In this document: piece by piece, positions 15,507-25,121 of the stretch | How the letters are laid out: each line of letters starts with the position of its first letter | Position numbering within the stretch: position 1 is the stretch's first letter | Assembly (NCBI GenBank): GCA_964452025.1 | Contig: CAYVKR010000001.1 | Location: forward strand, 1-46,387 | DNA from: an uncultured Anaerolineales bacterium | Lineage (GTDB): Bacteria > Chloroflexota > Anaerolineae > B4-G1 > SLSP01 | Direction of reading: 5' to 3' | Length of the DNA: 46,387 bases | Translations under genes and position numbers: made by a program | Notes under the pieces: model-generated | Seen by the model: only the letters and a program-made list of their open reading frames with translations | The model's database searches: none | Told to the model about the DNA's origin: nothing

Positions 15507-16955
15507 ATGTTGAACATAGAATCAAAAAGTATATTGTTGGGGGTCATACTCCTTCTAGTGAGTGTATGGGGTTTGGGGATACTCAACTCTCAACAGACAT
15601 TGGATTTGGCACTGGCAAAGTCTTCTTCGGAAGAATCTCTGTTGCGCGTTACCGACGCTATGACGCACACGACCTATCTACCGTTGGTCAACAGATTTTG
15701 GAACTCAAGCGTGCCACCCTTTGGCATTCAGTTCTACGGCACGCTAAGTGATAATCGAGGGTTGACAGAGATTGCGGAGGTTGGGGTTCGCTGGGTGCGC
15801 ATGCCGCTCAGCTGGGCTAGCATCGAGCGAGAGAACACCACGCCAGAAGAGTACGATTGGAGTAGGTTGGATACGTCGGTGATTCGCGCCGAGGAACGGA
15901 ACCTGCAGTTGATTTTGACCATCGCTGGTCAGCCCTCGTGGGCGGCGGAGTATGCCATGGGACCGGTATATGATGTTGAGGACATCAAGGAATTCGTCGG
16001 CGCGCTGGTCTCTCGCTACGATGGGACGACGCCAGGAGTGCCCGAAGTTCTTTACTTCGAGCTTTACAATGAGCCCGACAACGCGGATTTGGGCCATGCT
16101 GCCCACGGTGGCTGGGGCTATTGGGGATTGAACGGAGATGGCTACGCGGCGTTGCTCCGCGATCTATATCCGGTGGTCAAGGCAGCCAATCCTGACGCGC
16201 AGCTTGTCTTCGGTGGGATGGCCATGGACTGGTTCATTCGAGACGGCGGCCCTTTCGATGAGAATTTTCTTGAGGATGTGCTGGCGGTATGCCAGGGGCA
16301 CGATTGCTTCGACGTGATGAACTTTCACTACTATCCGGTTTTTCGCTGGGATGAGTACGGACCTGGCATCATGGGGAAAGCGACGTACATCCGGCAGATG
16401 ATGGATCAGTATGGTTTTGTTGACGAACCCATTATCTGCACCGAGATGGGGTGGGATAGCGAGGCCAGTTGGGGCAGCACCGAGCTTCAGAGTCGCTATC
16501 CGGCGATCGGGTATATTCGGTCTATGGCGGCGGACCTGCCTGTGGTGATTTGGTTTTCGTTGATTGACCTGGACGGTTACGGATATTCTGGACTTCTGGA
16601 CGGTGACTACCAGATCAAGCCATCCTATGGGGCTTATCAGACGATGACGGAGATGTTGGGCTACGCTCGCTATCAACGCCCCCTGACTTTGGCGGAGAAA
16701 GGGTCCGACCAGATCGAAGGCTACGTCTTCGAGGTCTCGTCTGGTCGCATGGACGTGGTGTGGACGGTCGATGACACTCGTTTCGAGGCTGCTGATGATC
16801 CTGTGCTCGACTTCGAAGTCCGGGCCGAGACGCTGCGTGTCGTCGACAAATATGGTGGGGAGATGCTCTATTCTGATGCTGACGATGGACAAAACGACGG
16901 TCGGATCACCCTAAAGGTGGAGGGCAGCCCCCAGTATCTGGTCTATAACCCATGA
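15507..16955 (+). CDS. secreted clan GH-A (TIM-barrel, GH5/GH39-like) glycoside hydrolase
   Basis: Acid/base motif FELYNEPD and nucleophile motif ICTEMGW. N-terminal TM/signal segment ILLGVILLLVSVWGLGIL. Confidence 0.82.
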   Translation: MLNIESKSILLGVILLLVSVWGLGILNSQQTLDLALAKSSSEESLLRVTDAMTHTTYLPLVNRFWNSSVPPFGIQFYGTLSDNRGLTEIAEVGVRWVRMPLSWASIERENTTPEEYDWSRLDTSVIRAEERNLQLILTIAGQPSWAAEYAMGPVYDVEDIKEFVGALVSRYDGTTPGVPEVLYFELYNEPDNADLGHAAHGGWGYWGLNGDGYAALLRDLYPVVKAANPDAQLVFGGMAMDWFIRDGGPFDENFLEDVLAVCQGHDCFDVMNFHYYPVFRWDEYGPGIMGKATYIRQMMDQYGFVDEPIICTEMGWDSEASWGSTELQSRYPAIGYIRSMAADLPVVIWFSLIDLDGYGYSGLLDGDYQIKPSYGAYQTMTEMLGYARYQRPLTLAEKGSDQIEGYVFEVSSGRMDVVWTVDDTRFEAADDPVLDFEVRAETLRVVDKYGGEMLYSDADDGQNDGRITLKVEGSPQYLVYNP

Positions 16956-18502
16956 CACAACAGACGCATAAGTGGTTGAAAGCGAGTCGACGGCTTCTGG
17001 TCGTGTTTGCGTTTCTCGGCGTCTCGATTCTGAGTTGGTTCTTGATGCGGCGGCCTTTGGAAAGCAGGTCGGTTGTGGTAGATGGCGTAGAGCGATCTGG
17101 AGCAGAGCGTGTTGCTTTAGCGGCGACAGAGACCTATACGCACTGTCGCTTCGGATTTGGCGCTACGGGAACGGGCGGGCCTCCCTCACAGTATGATGTG
17201 GCGTCACTCAATGCCGGGTGGTATTGGGATTGGGGGGCGCGTGCAACGCCCTCTTTATCCTCTGTGGAGCACGTACAGACCATTCGTCTGTCGCCGACGC
17301 CCACCGGTTATTCAGCATCGCCCACCGGGACGAAGTTGCTCTCCATCGCGTCCGCGCGTCCGGGTGCCCGTTGGTTTATCGGTAACGAGCCGGATTGTAT
17401 CTGGCAGGACAATATGCGCTCTGATCTCTATGCACAGGCCTATCATGACCTCTACTACCTTATCAAAGGGGCTGATCCAACGGCGCAGATCGGTGTGGGC
17501 TCTATCGTGCAGCCTACGCCCCAGCGCATGCGTTACCTGGATCGCATTTTGGCGGCGTATGTTGAACGCTATGGTGAGCCACTGCCTACGGATTTCTGGG
17601 TCACGCACAGTTATATTTTGTGCGAGACATGTTTTGTCAAAGGCTACGAACCTTGGGGTTGGGGGGCCTGTCCCGTACCAGATTGGCCTGATCCCAATGA
17701 CCCGCCGGATGAGGCAGTACACTATTCGCTCGAAGATCACTGGCGCCTCGATATCTTCCAGCAGCGACTTATTGATTTCCGGCGTTGGATGCGAGATCGT
17801 GGTTATCGGGACGTGCCTTTGCTCGTCTCGGAGTACGGTATCCTGTTCTATTATCCCTTTGAGCAGGGAGATCTCTATAAAACCGAGGATGACGCCATTG
17901 CGTTCATGCAAGGCACCTTCGATTGGATGCGGGAGGCGCGCGATTCTGAGTTAGGCTATCCGGCTGATGACAATCGTCTGGTGCAGCGCTGGGCGTGGTT
18001 CAGTCTGGATCACATCGACTGGGAGATGGGTGGGGCGCTCTTCGACAACGAGACCTATCAGCCCTTCAAAATCGGCTTGGCTTACGCGGAGTACACCGCC
18101 GATCTTTCGCCCGTCGTCGACCTCGTCGCCGTGGACGTGCGTCAGACCGCGCCGACGCCCTACTCGCCGACGCAGCCGGTCTCCGTGACCTTGGACGTTC
18201 AGGTCTCCAACGCGGGCAACGTGCCGCTGACGGCGCCGTTCACCGTGAGATTCCTGGATGCAGCGGGATCCCCCATAGCTGAGGACCAAGTGGTCGCCTC
18301 AACGCTGAGCGGTTGTGGCGCAACGGTGAGCTTGCACGTTGTCTACCCAAATCTGGAGCCGGGGGCGTACCCGGTGCGCGTGGTCGTCGATCCCGAAGGC
18401 GAGATCGCAGAAGCCGATGAGCAGAACAACGAGACGACCGGAACGGTATTGGTGGCAACAAACCGGCTCTTTCTACCTCTGGTGCGACAGGAGATCTGGT
18501 AG
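16952..18502 (+). CDS. secreted glycosyl-hydrolase-catalytic-core-like protein with C-terminal CARDB-like domain
   Basis: WFIGNEPD and LLVSEYGIL motifs (clan GH-A style). C-terminus VQVSNAGNVPL...VVVDPEGEIAEADEQNNETTG resembles CARDB. The ATGA start overlaps the upstream stop. Confidence 0.78.
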   Translation: MTQQTHKWLKASRRLLVVFAFLGVSILSWFLMRRPLESRSVVVDGVERSGAERVALAATETYTHCRFGFGATGTGGPPSQYDVASLNAGWYWDWGARATPSLSSVEHVQTIRLSPTPTGYSASPTGTKLLSIASARPGARWFIGNEPDCIWQDNMRSDLYAQAYHDLYYLIKGADPTAQIGVGSIVQPTPQRMRYLDRILAAYVERYGEPLPTDFWVTHSYILCETCFVKGYEPWGWGACPVPDWPDPNDPPDEAVHYSLEDHWRLDIFQQRLIDFRRWMRDRGYRDVPLLVSEYGILFYYPFEQGDLYKTEDDAIAFMQGTFDWMREARDSELGYPADDNRLVQRWAWFSLDHIDWEMGGALFDNETYQPFKIGLAYAEYTADLSPVVDLVAVDVRQTAPTPYSPTQPVSVTLDVQVSNAGNVPLTAPFTVRFLDAAGSPIAEDQVVASTLSGCGATVSLHVVYPNLEPGAYPVRVVVDPEGEIAEADEQNNETTGTVLVATNRLFLPLVRQEIW

Positions 18503-18541
18503 CAGAAGACCTTTGCCTTTCGATCTGGGTGTGCTATGATG

Positions 18542-18576
18542 GCAGCGCGGTGGTGGCAAAGCCGCGCTGCTGTTTT
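18542..18576 (+). terminator. intrinsic terminator candidate after the hydrolase genes
   Basis: GCAGCGCGG (18542-18550), 11-nt loop, CCGCGCTGC (18562-18570), then tgtttt. Confidence 0.55.
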
Positions 18577-18637
18577 AATCTGATGTCTTGCTATGGGTTA
18601 TTTGAGAGTCAAGCGATTGGTTTAGGATGTTATTGGC

Positions 18638-19852
18638 ATGAGTGTTGTCATCTCTATTGAGCATCTCTCCAAGGAATTCGTTCTTAAGCAAGCCGCACCG
18701 CGCTCGTTTCAAGAACTCGTGGTTGACCTGTTGAGACGAAAAACGCACTCCCAGGTGGAGCGCTTTGTGGCGCTTGACGATGTCAGTCTAGAGATTGAGC
18801 AGGGCGAAACCGTGGGGCTGATCGGGCCCAATGGCGCGGGGAAGAGCACGCTGCTCAAGCTGGTGGCCGGCATTATCGAGCCTACCAGCGGCAACGTACA
18901 GATCTACGGAAGAGTGGGGGCCCTCTTGGAGCTCGGCGCCGGCTTTCATCCCGATCTGACGGGACGTGAGAACATCTACCTCAACGGGTCCATCCTGGGT
19001 CTATCTCGAGCTGAAATTCAGGACAAAATGGACGATATCATCTCCTTTGCCGAGCTGGAGCGCTTCATCGATGCGCCGGTGCGTCATTATTCCTCGGGCA
19101 TGTACGTGCGTCTGGGCTTTTCCGTGGCAGTGCACACGGAGCCGCAAATTCTCTTGGTGGATGAGGTGTTGGCCGTTGGCGACGCAGCCTTTCAGCGCAA
19201 ATGTATGGATAAAATCGACGACATGCGCAGGGCTGGCGTGACCATCCTCTTCGTCTCTCACAGCGCTGAACTTGTACGCAAGATCTGCAAGCGCGCCGTA
19301 TGGTTGGACGCGGGGCGCTGTGTGGCCGATGGTGCAGCGGAGTCGGTGGCGGCGCGGTATCTGGATCACTCGTGGGCGCAGGAGCAAACCCAAGTCGTCT
19401 CTGAAGAGGAGCGACGGTGGGGAAACGGCAAGGTGCGCATCACCGACGTGCGATTATTGGGCGGCGAGGGAAAAGAGCAGCAACGTTTTCGCACGGGAGA
19501 GCCGATGACCGTGGAGATGCACTACGTGGCAAAGGAGCGGATCGAACAACCGGTCTTCGGACTGGCGATTCATCGGAGCGACGGGACCCACATCACCGGG
19601 CCGAATACGCAATTCGCCGGGCACGAGATCCCGTGGATCGCGGGGGAAGGAGCAGTCCGGTACACTATTCCCTTCTTGCCGTTACTCGAAGGGCGCTATT
19701 TTATCTCGGTAGCGGCCCACAATTGGGAAGACACAGAAATGTACGACTATCGGGATCGAGAGTACACGTTTCGGATGTTACCCAGTGAGAACCAGGGATA
19801 TGGTATAGTGACGCTGAGAGGAGGATGGTTCTGGAGCGGACAAACGTCTTAA
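18638..19852 (+). CDS. polysaccharide-export ABC transporter ATP-binding protein (Wzt/TagH type) with C-terminal Wzt-C-like carbohydrate-binding domain
   Basis: Walker A GPNGAGKST, signature YSSGMYVRLGF, Walker B ILLVDEVLAVGD. The GALLELGAGFHPDLTGRENIYLNG block is typical of Wzt/TagH. An extra beta-rich tail of about 150 aa (VRITDVRLLG...YFISVAAHN). Confidence 0.92.
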   Translation: MSVVISIEHLSKEFVLKQAAPRSFQELVVDLLRRKTHSQVERFVALDDVSLEIEQGETVGLIGPNGAGKSTLLKLVAGIIEPTSGNVQIYGRVGALLELGAGFHPDLTGRENIYLNGSILGLSRAEIQDKMDDIISFAELERFIDAPVRHYSSGMYVRLGFSVAVHTEPQILLVDEVLAVGDAAFQRKCMDKIDDMRRAGVTILFVSHSAELVRKICKRAVWLDAGRCVADGAAESVAARYLDHSWAQEQTQVVSEEERRWGNGKVRITDVRLLGGEGKEQQRFRTGEPMTVEMHYVAKERIEQPVFGLAIHRSDGTHITGPNTQFAGHEIPWIAGEGAVRYTIPFLPLLEGRYFISVAAHNWEDTEMYDYRDREYTFRMLPSENQGYGIVTLRGGWFWSGQTS

Positions 19853-21219
19853 TTATCAGTCATGATGTGGTTGGGAAGCGGATGGCCGGACCTGGCATCC
19901 GTTATTATCACTTAGCCCGCGTTTTAGGTCAAGAGTTTGAGACAGTGTTGGCTGTGCCCTCAGAAATCTCACCTGACATCTCTCCTGAAGGTTTTCGTTT
20001 TACTTCCTATACACGACGCGATTGGGATTCTATTGCCACGTGGGTAGCTGCAGCAGATACGGTGATCTTTCCCAGTGACATCGCCAGTGATTTCCCTTTA
20101 CTGGCCCAGAGTGGCACTTTTTTGGTCGTCGACGGATACGATCCCTTGTTAGCCGAATGGTTATCCCTGAGTCAAGGGGAACCCCTGGAGAATTGGGAAC
20201 GGTACTGGTGGGATCGGATGTGCTCCTTAAACGAACAGTATCTGATGGGTGATTTTTTCATCTGCGCTAGTGAACGTCAGCGTGACTGGTGGTTGGGTTT
20301 ACTAGAAGCGAATGGCCGTATTAACCCCTACACGTTCAAAGGGGATCCCTCGTTGAGATCTCTAATCGACGTGGTGCCTTATGGCTTGCGGGACGTGGCT
20401 CCGCAAAGCACTGAGCCGGTGATCAAAGGGGTCTGGTCAGGGATTGAGCCTGAGGATAAGGTCATCTTGTGGGGTGGAGGGCTGTGGCCGTGGCTAGACC
20501 CCCTGACGGCTATCCGGGCCGTGGAATCTGTCAGGCAGCAGCGGCGTGACGTGCGTTTGGTCTTTCCTGGTACGAAACATCCGAATCCCTGGATGGAGGA
20601 AACACCGACGCACACCGATTCTGCTCGCGCATTAGCTCGGGAGAAAGGCCTATTGGGGAGGGCCGTCTTTTTTGGTGACTGGATACCCTATGAAGATTGG
20701 CCCAATGTGTTGTTGGAGAGTGATCTTGCTCTTTCCCTGCACTACGACACGTTGGAAACCCGGCTCGCTTTTCGCAGTCGAGTGCTGGATTACATTTGGG
20801 CGGGGCTGCCCGTGGTGGCGACAAAAGGCGATGCGACCAGCGATCTCATTTCCAACCATCACCTTGGCGCTGTGGTCGACTTCGAAGCTGTTGGGGGTGT
20901 TTCCGCAGCTATTCTGCAGCTCCTGGAAAAGCCTCGTGCTGAGTTTGATAAGCGGTTTGAAGAGGTGCGAAAAACGTTGACGTGGAGGGAGACAGCACGT
21001 CCGTTGTTGAATTTCTGCCGGCATCCTCATCGTGCAGCAGACAAGGCAGCACTGGGTGAAGATCTTGGTAGCCCCTTTTATACTGCAAAGATTCAGCAGA
21101 TCGTTGCTGAGTGGGAATATTGGCGTGAGCTGACACGGCAATATGAGCAAGGTCGGTTTATGCGTTTCATGCGCTGGATGGAGCGGATGCGGCGAAAATA
21201 TCTGGAGAAAGATGGATGA
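19825..21219 (+). CDS. glycosyltransferase (GT-B fold, GT4-like)
   Basis: N-terminal VLIISHDVVGKRMAGPGIRY. C-terminal half VILWGGGLWPWLDP...VRLVFPGTKHPN...DLALSLHYDTLETRLAFRSRVLDYIWAGLPVVATKGD. The exact start is uncertain (28-nt overlap with the ABC gene). Confidence 0.8.
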   Translation: MVLERTNVLIISHDVVGKRMAGPGIRYYHLARVLGQEFETVLAVPSEISPDISPEGFRFTSYTRRDWDSIATWVAAADTVIFPSDIASDFPLLAQSGTFLVVDGYDPLLAEWLSLSQGEPLENWERYWWDRMCSLNEQYLMGDFFICASERQRDWWLGLLEANGRINPYTFKGDPSLRSLIDVVPYGLRDVAPQSTEPVIKGVWSGIEPEDKVILWGGGLWPWLDPLTAIRAVESVRQQRRDVRLVFPGTKHPNPWMEETPTHTDSARALAREKGLLGRAVFFGDWIPYEDWPNVLLESDLALSLHYDTLETRLAFRSRVLDYIWAGLPVVATKGDATSDLISNHHLGAVVDFEAVGGVSAAILQLLEKPRAEFDKRFEEVRKTLTWRETARPLLNFCRHPHRAADKAALGEDLGSPFYTAKIQQIVAEWEYWRELTRQYEQGRFMRFMRWMERMRRKYLEKDG

Positions 21220-22532
21220 AGGCCTCGATTATCATCCCGGTTTGGAACGGACGGGAGTATCTACGCGACTGCCTTGATGCGGTGCTGGCCCAGGATTATC
21301 CAGACTTTGAGGTTATCGCTGTGGATAATGCGTCCACGGACGGTTCTGCCGATTTTGTGGCGGAGCAGTATCCCGACGTGCGCTTGATCCTGTACGAAGA
21401 AAACCGGGGATTCGCAAAGGCGTGTAACGCCGGTTTGTGCTCTGCGTCTGGCGAAGTCCTTATCTTACTTAACCAGGACACGGAAGTCCAACTTGGCTGG
21501 CTGACTGCGTTGATCAAGGTACTGAGATCTGACCCACAGGTGGGCATTGTGGGGGGCAAGGCTTTGTATCCCGATGGGCGTATTCAACATGCAGGCGGGC
21601 ATATTGATATGCGCGGCGCGGGTGTGCACTATGGACACGGCGACGTCGACATGGGTCAGCATGATCAGCGTCGGGAGGTCGATTACGTCACCGGCGCAGG
21701 CCTGGCTATCACGCGGCAGGCCTATGACCTCATAGGCCCATTGGATGAAGGGTTTTCTCCTGCCTATTATGAGGACGTAGATTGGTGTTATCGTGCGTCG
21801 GAAGTGGGATTTCGTGTCGTCTATGTGCCCCAGGCGGTGATGATCCACGAGGAGACGAGTTCGCTTGCCCGTCCCCATTCCTATGAGGGCATGTACTTGC
21901 CCCAACGCAATCGACTGCGCTTTGTTTTGAAACATTGGCCAACAGATCGATTGCTGGATGAATTTTTACCTCATGAGACTGCTTGGCTCCAGACGTTGGA
22001 TGAGGGTGGTGAACGACTTGTCGCCGTGATGCACCGTGTCTATCTCTTTCATCTGCTGCATCTACAGTCAACGTTGAGGGCACGGGCAGCACGATATGGG
22101 AGCGCGATGGAGGACGTTGACCCCATCGCCCACGTGCTCTTGACGTTGCGGGCGGTGACGCCCCTACGTCCTGCGCGATTGTTTGACGAATCGCCGGATC
22201 AGCCTGCTGCACAGACCGCGCTTCTTCGCCGTCTTCACGAAGGATGGTCTATTGAGCCACGGCCCTTTCAATCCGACGTGCCTGTTATCGGACCACTTAT
22301 CGTCTTTTTCCGTCGTCAGTGGAACCGTGTTGCAACGGAGTGGTATGTTCGCCCCATGATTCAGCAGCAAGTCGAGTTCAACGCCGAAGTGGTGACCATG
22401 CTCAAGCAGTTGCACCGCGACTATCAGAGGTTGGCTGAAGTTCTGGCGGAATATCTTCGCGAGGATGGCCGAGAGATTGCGGAGTTGGGCCAGGCGATTC
22501 AAGATCTGGCTGTCTCAATGGAGAAAGATTAG
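21216..22532 (+). CDS. GT2 family glycosyltransferase with ~95-aa C-terminal helical/coiled-coil module
   Basis: SIIIPVWNGREYLRDCLDAVLAQDYPDFEVIAVDNASTDGS, a DxD-equivalent in LLNQDTE, and YYEDVDWCYR. The C-terminal tail is described in the findings. Confidence 0.9.
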   Translation: MKASIIIPVWNGREYLRDCLDAVLAQDYPDFEVIAVDNASTDGSADFVAEQYPDVRLILYEENRGFAKACNAGLCSASGEVLILLNQDTEVQLGWLTALIKVLRSDPQVGIVGGKALYPDGRIQHAGGHIDMRGAGVHYGHGDVDMGQHDQRREVDYVTGAGLAITRQAYDLIGPLDEGFSPAYYEDVDWCYRASEVGFRVVYVPQAVMIHEETSSLARPHSYEGMYLPQRNRLRFVLKHWPTDRLLDEFLPHETAWLQTLDEGGERLVAVMHRVYLFHLLHLQSTLRARAARYGSAMEDVDPIAHVLLTLRAVTPLRPARLFDESPDQPAAQTALLRRLHEGWSIEPRPFQSDVPVIGPLIVFFRRQWNRVATEWYVRPMIQQQVEFNAEVVTMLKQLHRDYQRLAEVLAEYLREDGREIAELGQAIQDLAVSMEKD

Positions 22533-22545
22533 AATTTCAGTTACT

Positions 22546-23784
22546 ATGCGGGTTCTAGTCGTGACCAACACGTTTCCCCCCGGATACACTGGCGGGGCCG
22601 AGATCTCCAATTATCATACCTGCCGGGGATTGCGAAAGCGCGGGATAGATTGCTCGATTCTGGTTCTCAACAACCGCCGGGGCAAGACAGTGGACGAGTG
22701 GTATGAGTTTGACGGCATCCCAGTTCATCGCGCCCATGTGGTCACCAAAAAACGGACGGCATGGCGAGATGTTTTTGATCCGCGAATCTATCGTGCGGTG
22801 CGAACGGCCTTGCGGAAGCTACAGCCCGACCTTGTGCACGTCCACAACGTCTCGGGAACCACCTTGGCACCTTACCTGGCCTGTCGGCAGGTGGGCGTGC
22901 CGGTGGTCAATACGTTGCACGATCTCTGGTTACTCTGTCCGAATAACATGCTCTATCGAAAGGATGGGTCGTTTTGCGATCCCAAACAATACCCTCGCGG
23001 GTGCGGAGACTGCTTCCGACGTTACGATTATTGGGGCGACATCGTCGGGCGACGCCGGATTTTTTCTCTGCTGACCGCCAACGTCTCGTATTTCATCTCT
23101 CCCAGTCAGGCGATCATTGACCGGCACGTGGAAGCGGGCTATGCACGTGAACGTTTTCGGCTGGTGCGACTGGGCTTCGAGAACCCAGGCCCTCAAAGAC
23201 CACAGCATCCAACCGTGCGCGCCGTTGTGGAGATGGCTAGGCGTTATCAAGTGATCGTTTTTGCCGGCGGCGGTGTGGAGATTAAAGGCGCGTGCGTTTT
23301 ACTGGAGGCGATACCTATGTTACTCGCCCACATCGACCGTTTGAGAATGGTGGTCGCTGGCGGCGGGGACAAACGGTTCCTGGATCAGTTTCGCAGATAT
23401 GCACCAGCGGTTCAGGTGCTGGGAAAGGTCCCTTTCCGGGAGATGCGCACGCTATTTGGTGCTGGTGATTTGACGATACTTCCTTCGGTTTGGCATGAAA
23501 ACTCACCTGTGGTCATCTTTGAAAGCTTCCAGAGAGGCACGCCGGTCCTTGCTTCCAAGATTGGGGGGATTCCCGAGTTTATTCAAGAAAATCGTACCGG
23601 CTATCTGTTTCCGCCCGCCAGCGCCAGTGCGCTGGCGGAAAAGGCAATCTTGCATTTCGCTCGTTCTGCTGTGGAGCGGCGAAGGATGCGCCAAACGTGC
23701 TATCGATATGTCGATGAAGAACTGGCGTTCAAGCAGCATATCGAAGGGATACTGACCGCCTATGATGAGGTTCTGGGATACTGA
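22546..23784 (+). CDS. GT4 family glycosyltransferase
   Basis: MRVLVVTNTFPPGYTGGAE start. C-terminus PSVWHENSPVVIFESFQRGTPVLASKIGGIPEFI (E-x7-E-type motif). Confidence 0.9.
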   Translation: MRVLVVTNTFPPGYTGGAEISNYHTCRGLRKRGIDCSILVLNNRRGKTVDEWYEFDGIPVHRAHVVTKKRTAWRDVFDPRIYRAVRTALRKLQPDLVHVHNVSGTTLAPYLACRQVGVPVVNTLHDLWLLCPNNMLYRKDGSFCDPKQYPRGCGDCFRRYDYWGDIVGRRRIFSLLTANVSYFISPSQAIIDRHVEAGYARERFRLVRLGFENPGPQRPQHPTVRAVVEMARRYQVIVFAGGGVEIKGACVLLEAIPMLLAHIDRLRMVVAGGGDKRFLDQFRRYAPAVQVLGKVPFREMRTLFGAGDLTILPSVWHENSPVVIFESFQRGTPVLASKIGGIPEFIQENRTGYLFPPASASALAEKAILHFARSAVERRRMRQTCYRYVDEELAFKQHIEGILTAYDEVLGY

Positions 23785-25010
23785 TGCGGTTGTTACACGT
23801 GACCCATCAATACCGGCCTGCCATTGGTGGCGCTGAGACGTACATCGCCGATCTTTCGGAAACGCTGGCGCGGCGCGGACATCATATAGACGTTTTCACC
23901 AGTCGTTCTGTTGACTATCGAACCTGGCGCAGTGCCTTACCCGGGTTCGAGCGATTAAATGGCGTCGATGTGTATCGCTTTCGCAGCTTGCCGCGCACGG
24001 ATCACGTCTGGCGAGCGCTCAAATGTGGCTTCAAGCATTACTGGCGTACGAGACGATGGTGGTACGAACCCTTTATCTTCTACGGCAACGGCCCTGTGAG
24101 TCTGGGTATGTTGGCAGCGCTTATGCGCCGGGTTGGTTCCTATGATCTCGTTCATATCAACAATCTGCACTATGCGCACGCGCTTCTTGCGTATCTGGCG
24201 GCTCGGTTGCGGCGGGTGCCGTACGTCATCACGCCTCATCTCCACGCGGAACAGCGGGAGACCCATGACGTAGGATATATGCACACAATCTTACGAGACA
24301 GCCATGCGATTCTGACCGTGAGCCGCGCTGAAAAGCAATATCTGTTGATGCGCGGCTGGAACGACCGCGTGATCGTGGGCGGCAATGGCTTACGACTGGA
24401 GGATTTTCCGGTGTATGACCGGCGAGCGTGTCGAGCGCATTTTGGATTGCCGGATGCCGCTTTCGTGATGCTATTCCTGGGGCGGAAGACGGCCTACAAG
24501 GGCCTGGAATTGTGTCTAGATGCATTTCTAACCCTGCGTCAGGTACGGGAGGACATCCATTTTTTGGCCGTCGGGCCGGAAACCGAGTTCTCACAGCGTT
24601 TATGGGAGCGCCGGCCCGAGGTCAAGGGTCTGGTCGTGCGGGGTAGGGTGTCTGATGAGGAACGTCTGAAAGCCCTACAAGCGTGTGACGTCCTGGTGCT
24701 TCCTTCCGTTGGAGAGGCGTTTGGCATCGTCTATCTGGAAGCGTGGGCCTACGAGAAGCCAGTCATTGGGGCGGACATTGCGTCGGTAGCTTCTATTATC
24801 GATCATGGCGTGGATGGGCTGCTGGTCGCGCCCCAGGCGCTGGGTAGGCTGGTAAAGGGGCTTTCCCAGATCGCCGACAACCCTTCCCAGGCTCAAGAGA
24901 TGGGACGGCGGGGGCGAGAAAAGCTCGAAGAACGCTACACGGTTGAGCGCATTGCGGACATTGTCGAGGGGACCTGTGCGCGAGTGATAAGGGCATACGG
25001 TACAGGGTGA
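23784..25010 (+). CDS. GT4 family glycosyltransferase
   Basis: MRLLHVTHQYRPAIGGAETY. PSVGEAFGIVYLEAWAYEKPVIGADIASVASII. Confidence 0.9.
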   Translation: MRLLHVTHQYRPAIGGAETYIADLSETLARRGHHIDVFTSRSVDYRTWRSALPGFERLNGVDVYRFRSLPRTDHVWRALKCGFKHYWRTRRWWYEPFIFYGNGPVSLGMLAALMRRVGSYDLVHINNLHYAHALLAYLAARLRRVPYVITPHLHAEQRETHDVGYMHTILRDSHAILTVSRAEKQYLLMRGWNDRVIVGGNGLRLEDFPVYDRRACRAHFGLPDAAFVMLFLGRKTAYKGLELCLDAFLTLRQVREDIHFLAVGPETEFSQRLWERRPEVKGLVVRGRVSDEERLKALQACDVLVLPSVGEAFGIVYLEAWAYEKPVIGADIASVASIIDHGVDGLLVAPQALGRLVKGLSQIADNPSQAQEMGRRGREKLEERYTVERIADIVEGTCARVIRAYGTG

Positions 25011-25121
25011 ATCGTCTAATCTAGTCCCCGGTTTATCTTAACACCTTGTTGCTTTCTCTGTTTACAATCATGTATACTCACTCCTACTGGGTGAGCTGAG
25101 ACGTTCCAGAGGGTTGCGACT

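Noticed and set aside
16164-17954. 242-aa minus ORF, 265-aa + ORF and 199-aa minus ORF overlapping the two glycoside hydrolase genes
   Set aside because: No motifs and skewed Arg/His/Ile-rich composition. The hydrolase frames carry the catalytic NEP and TE/SE motifs.
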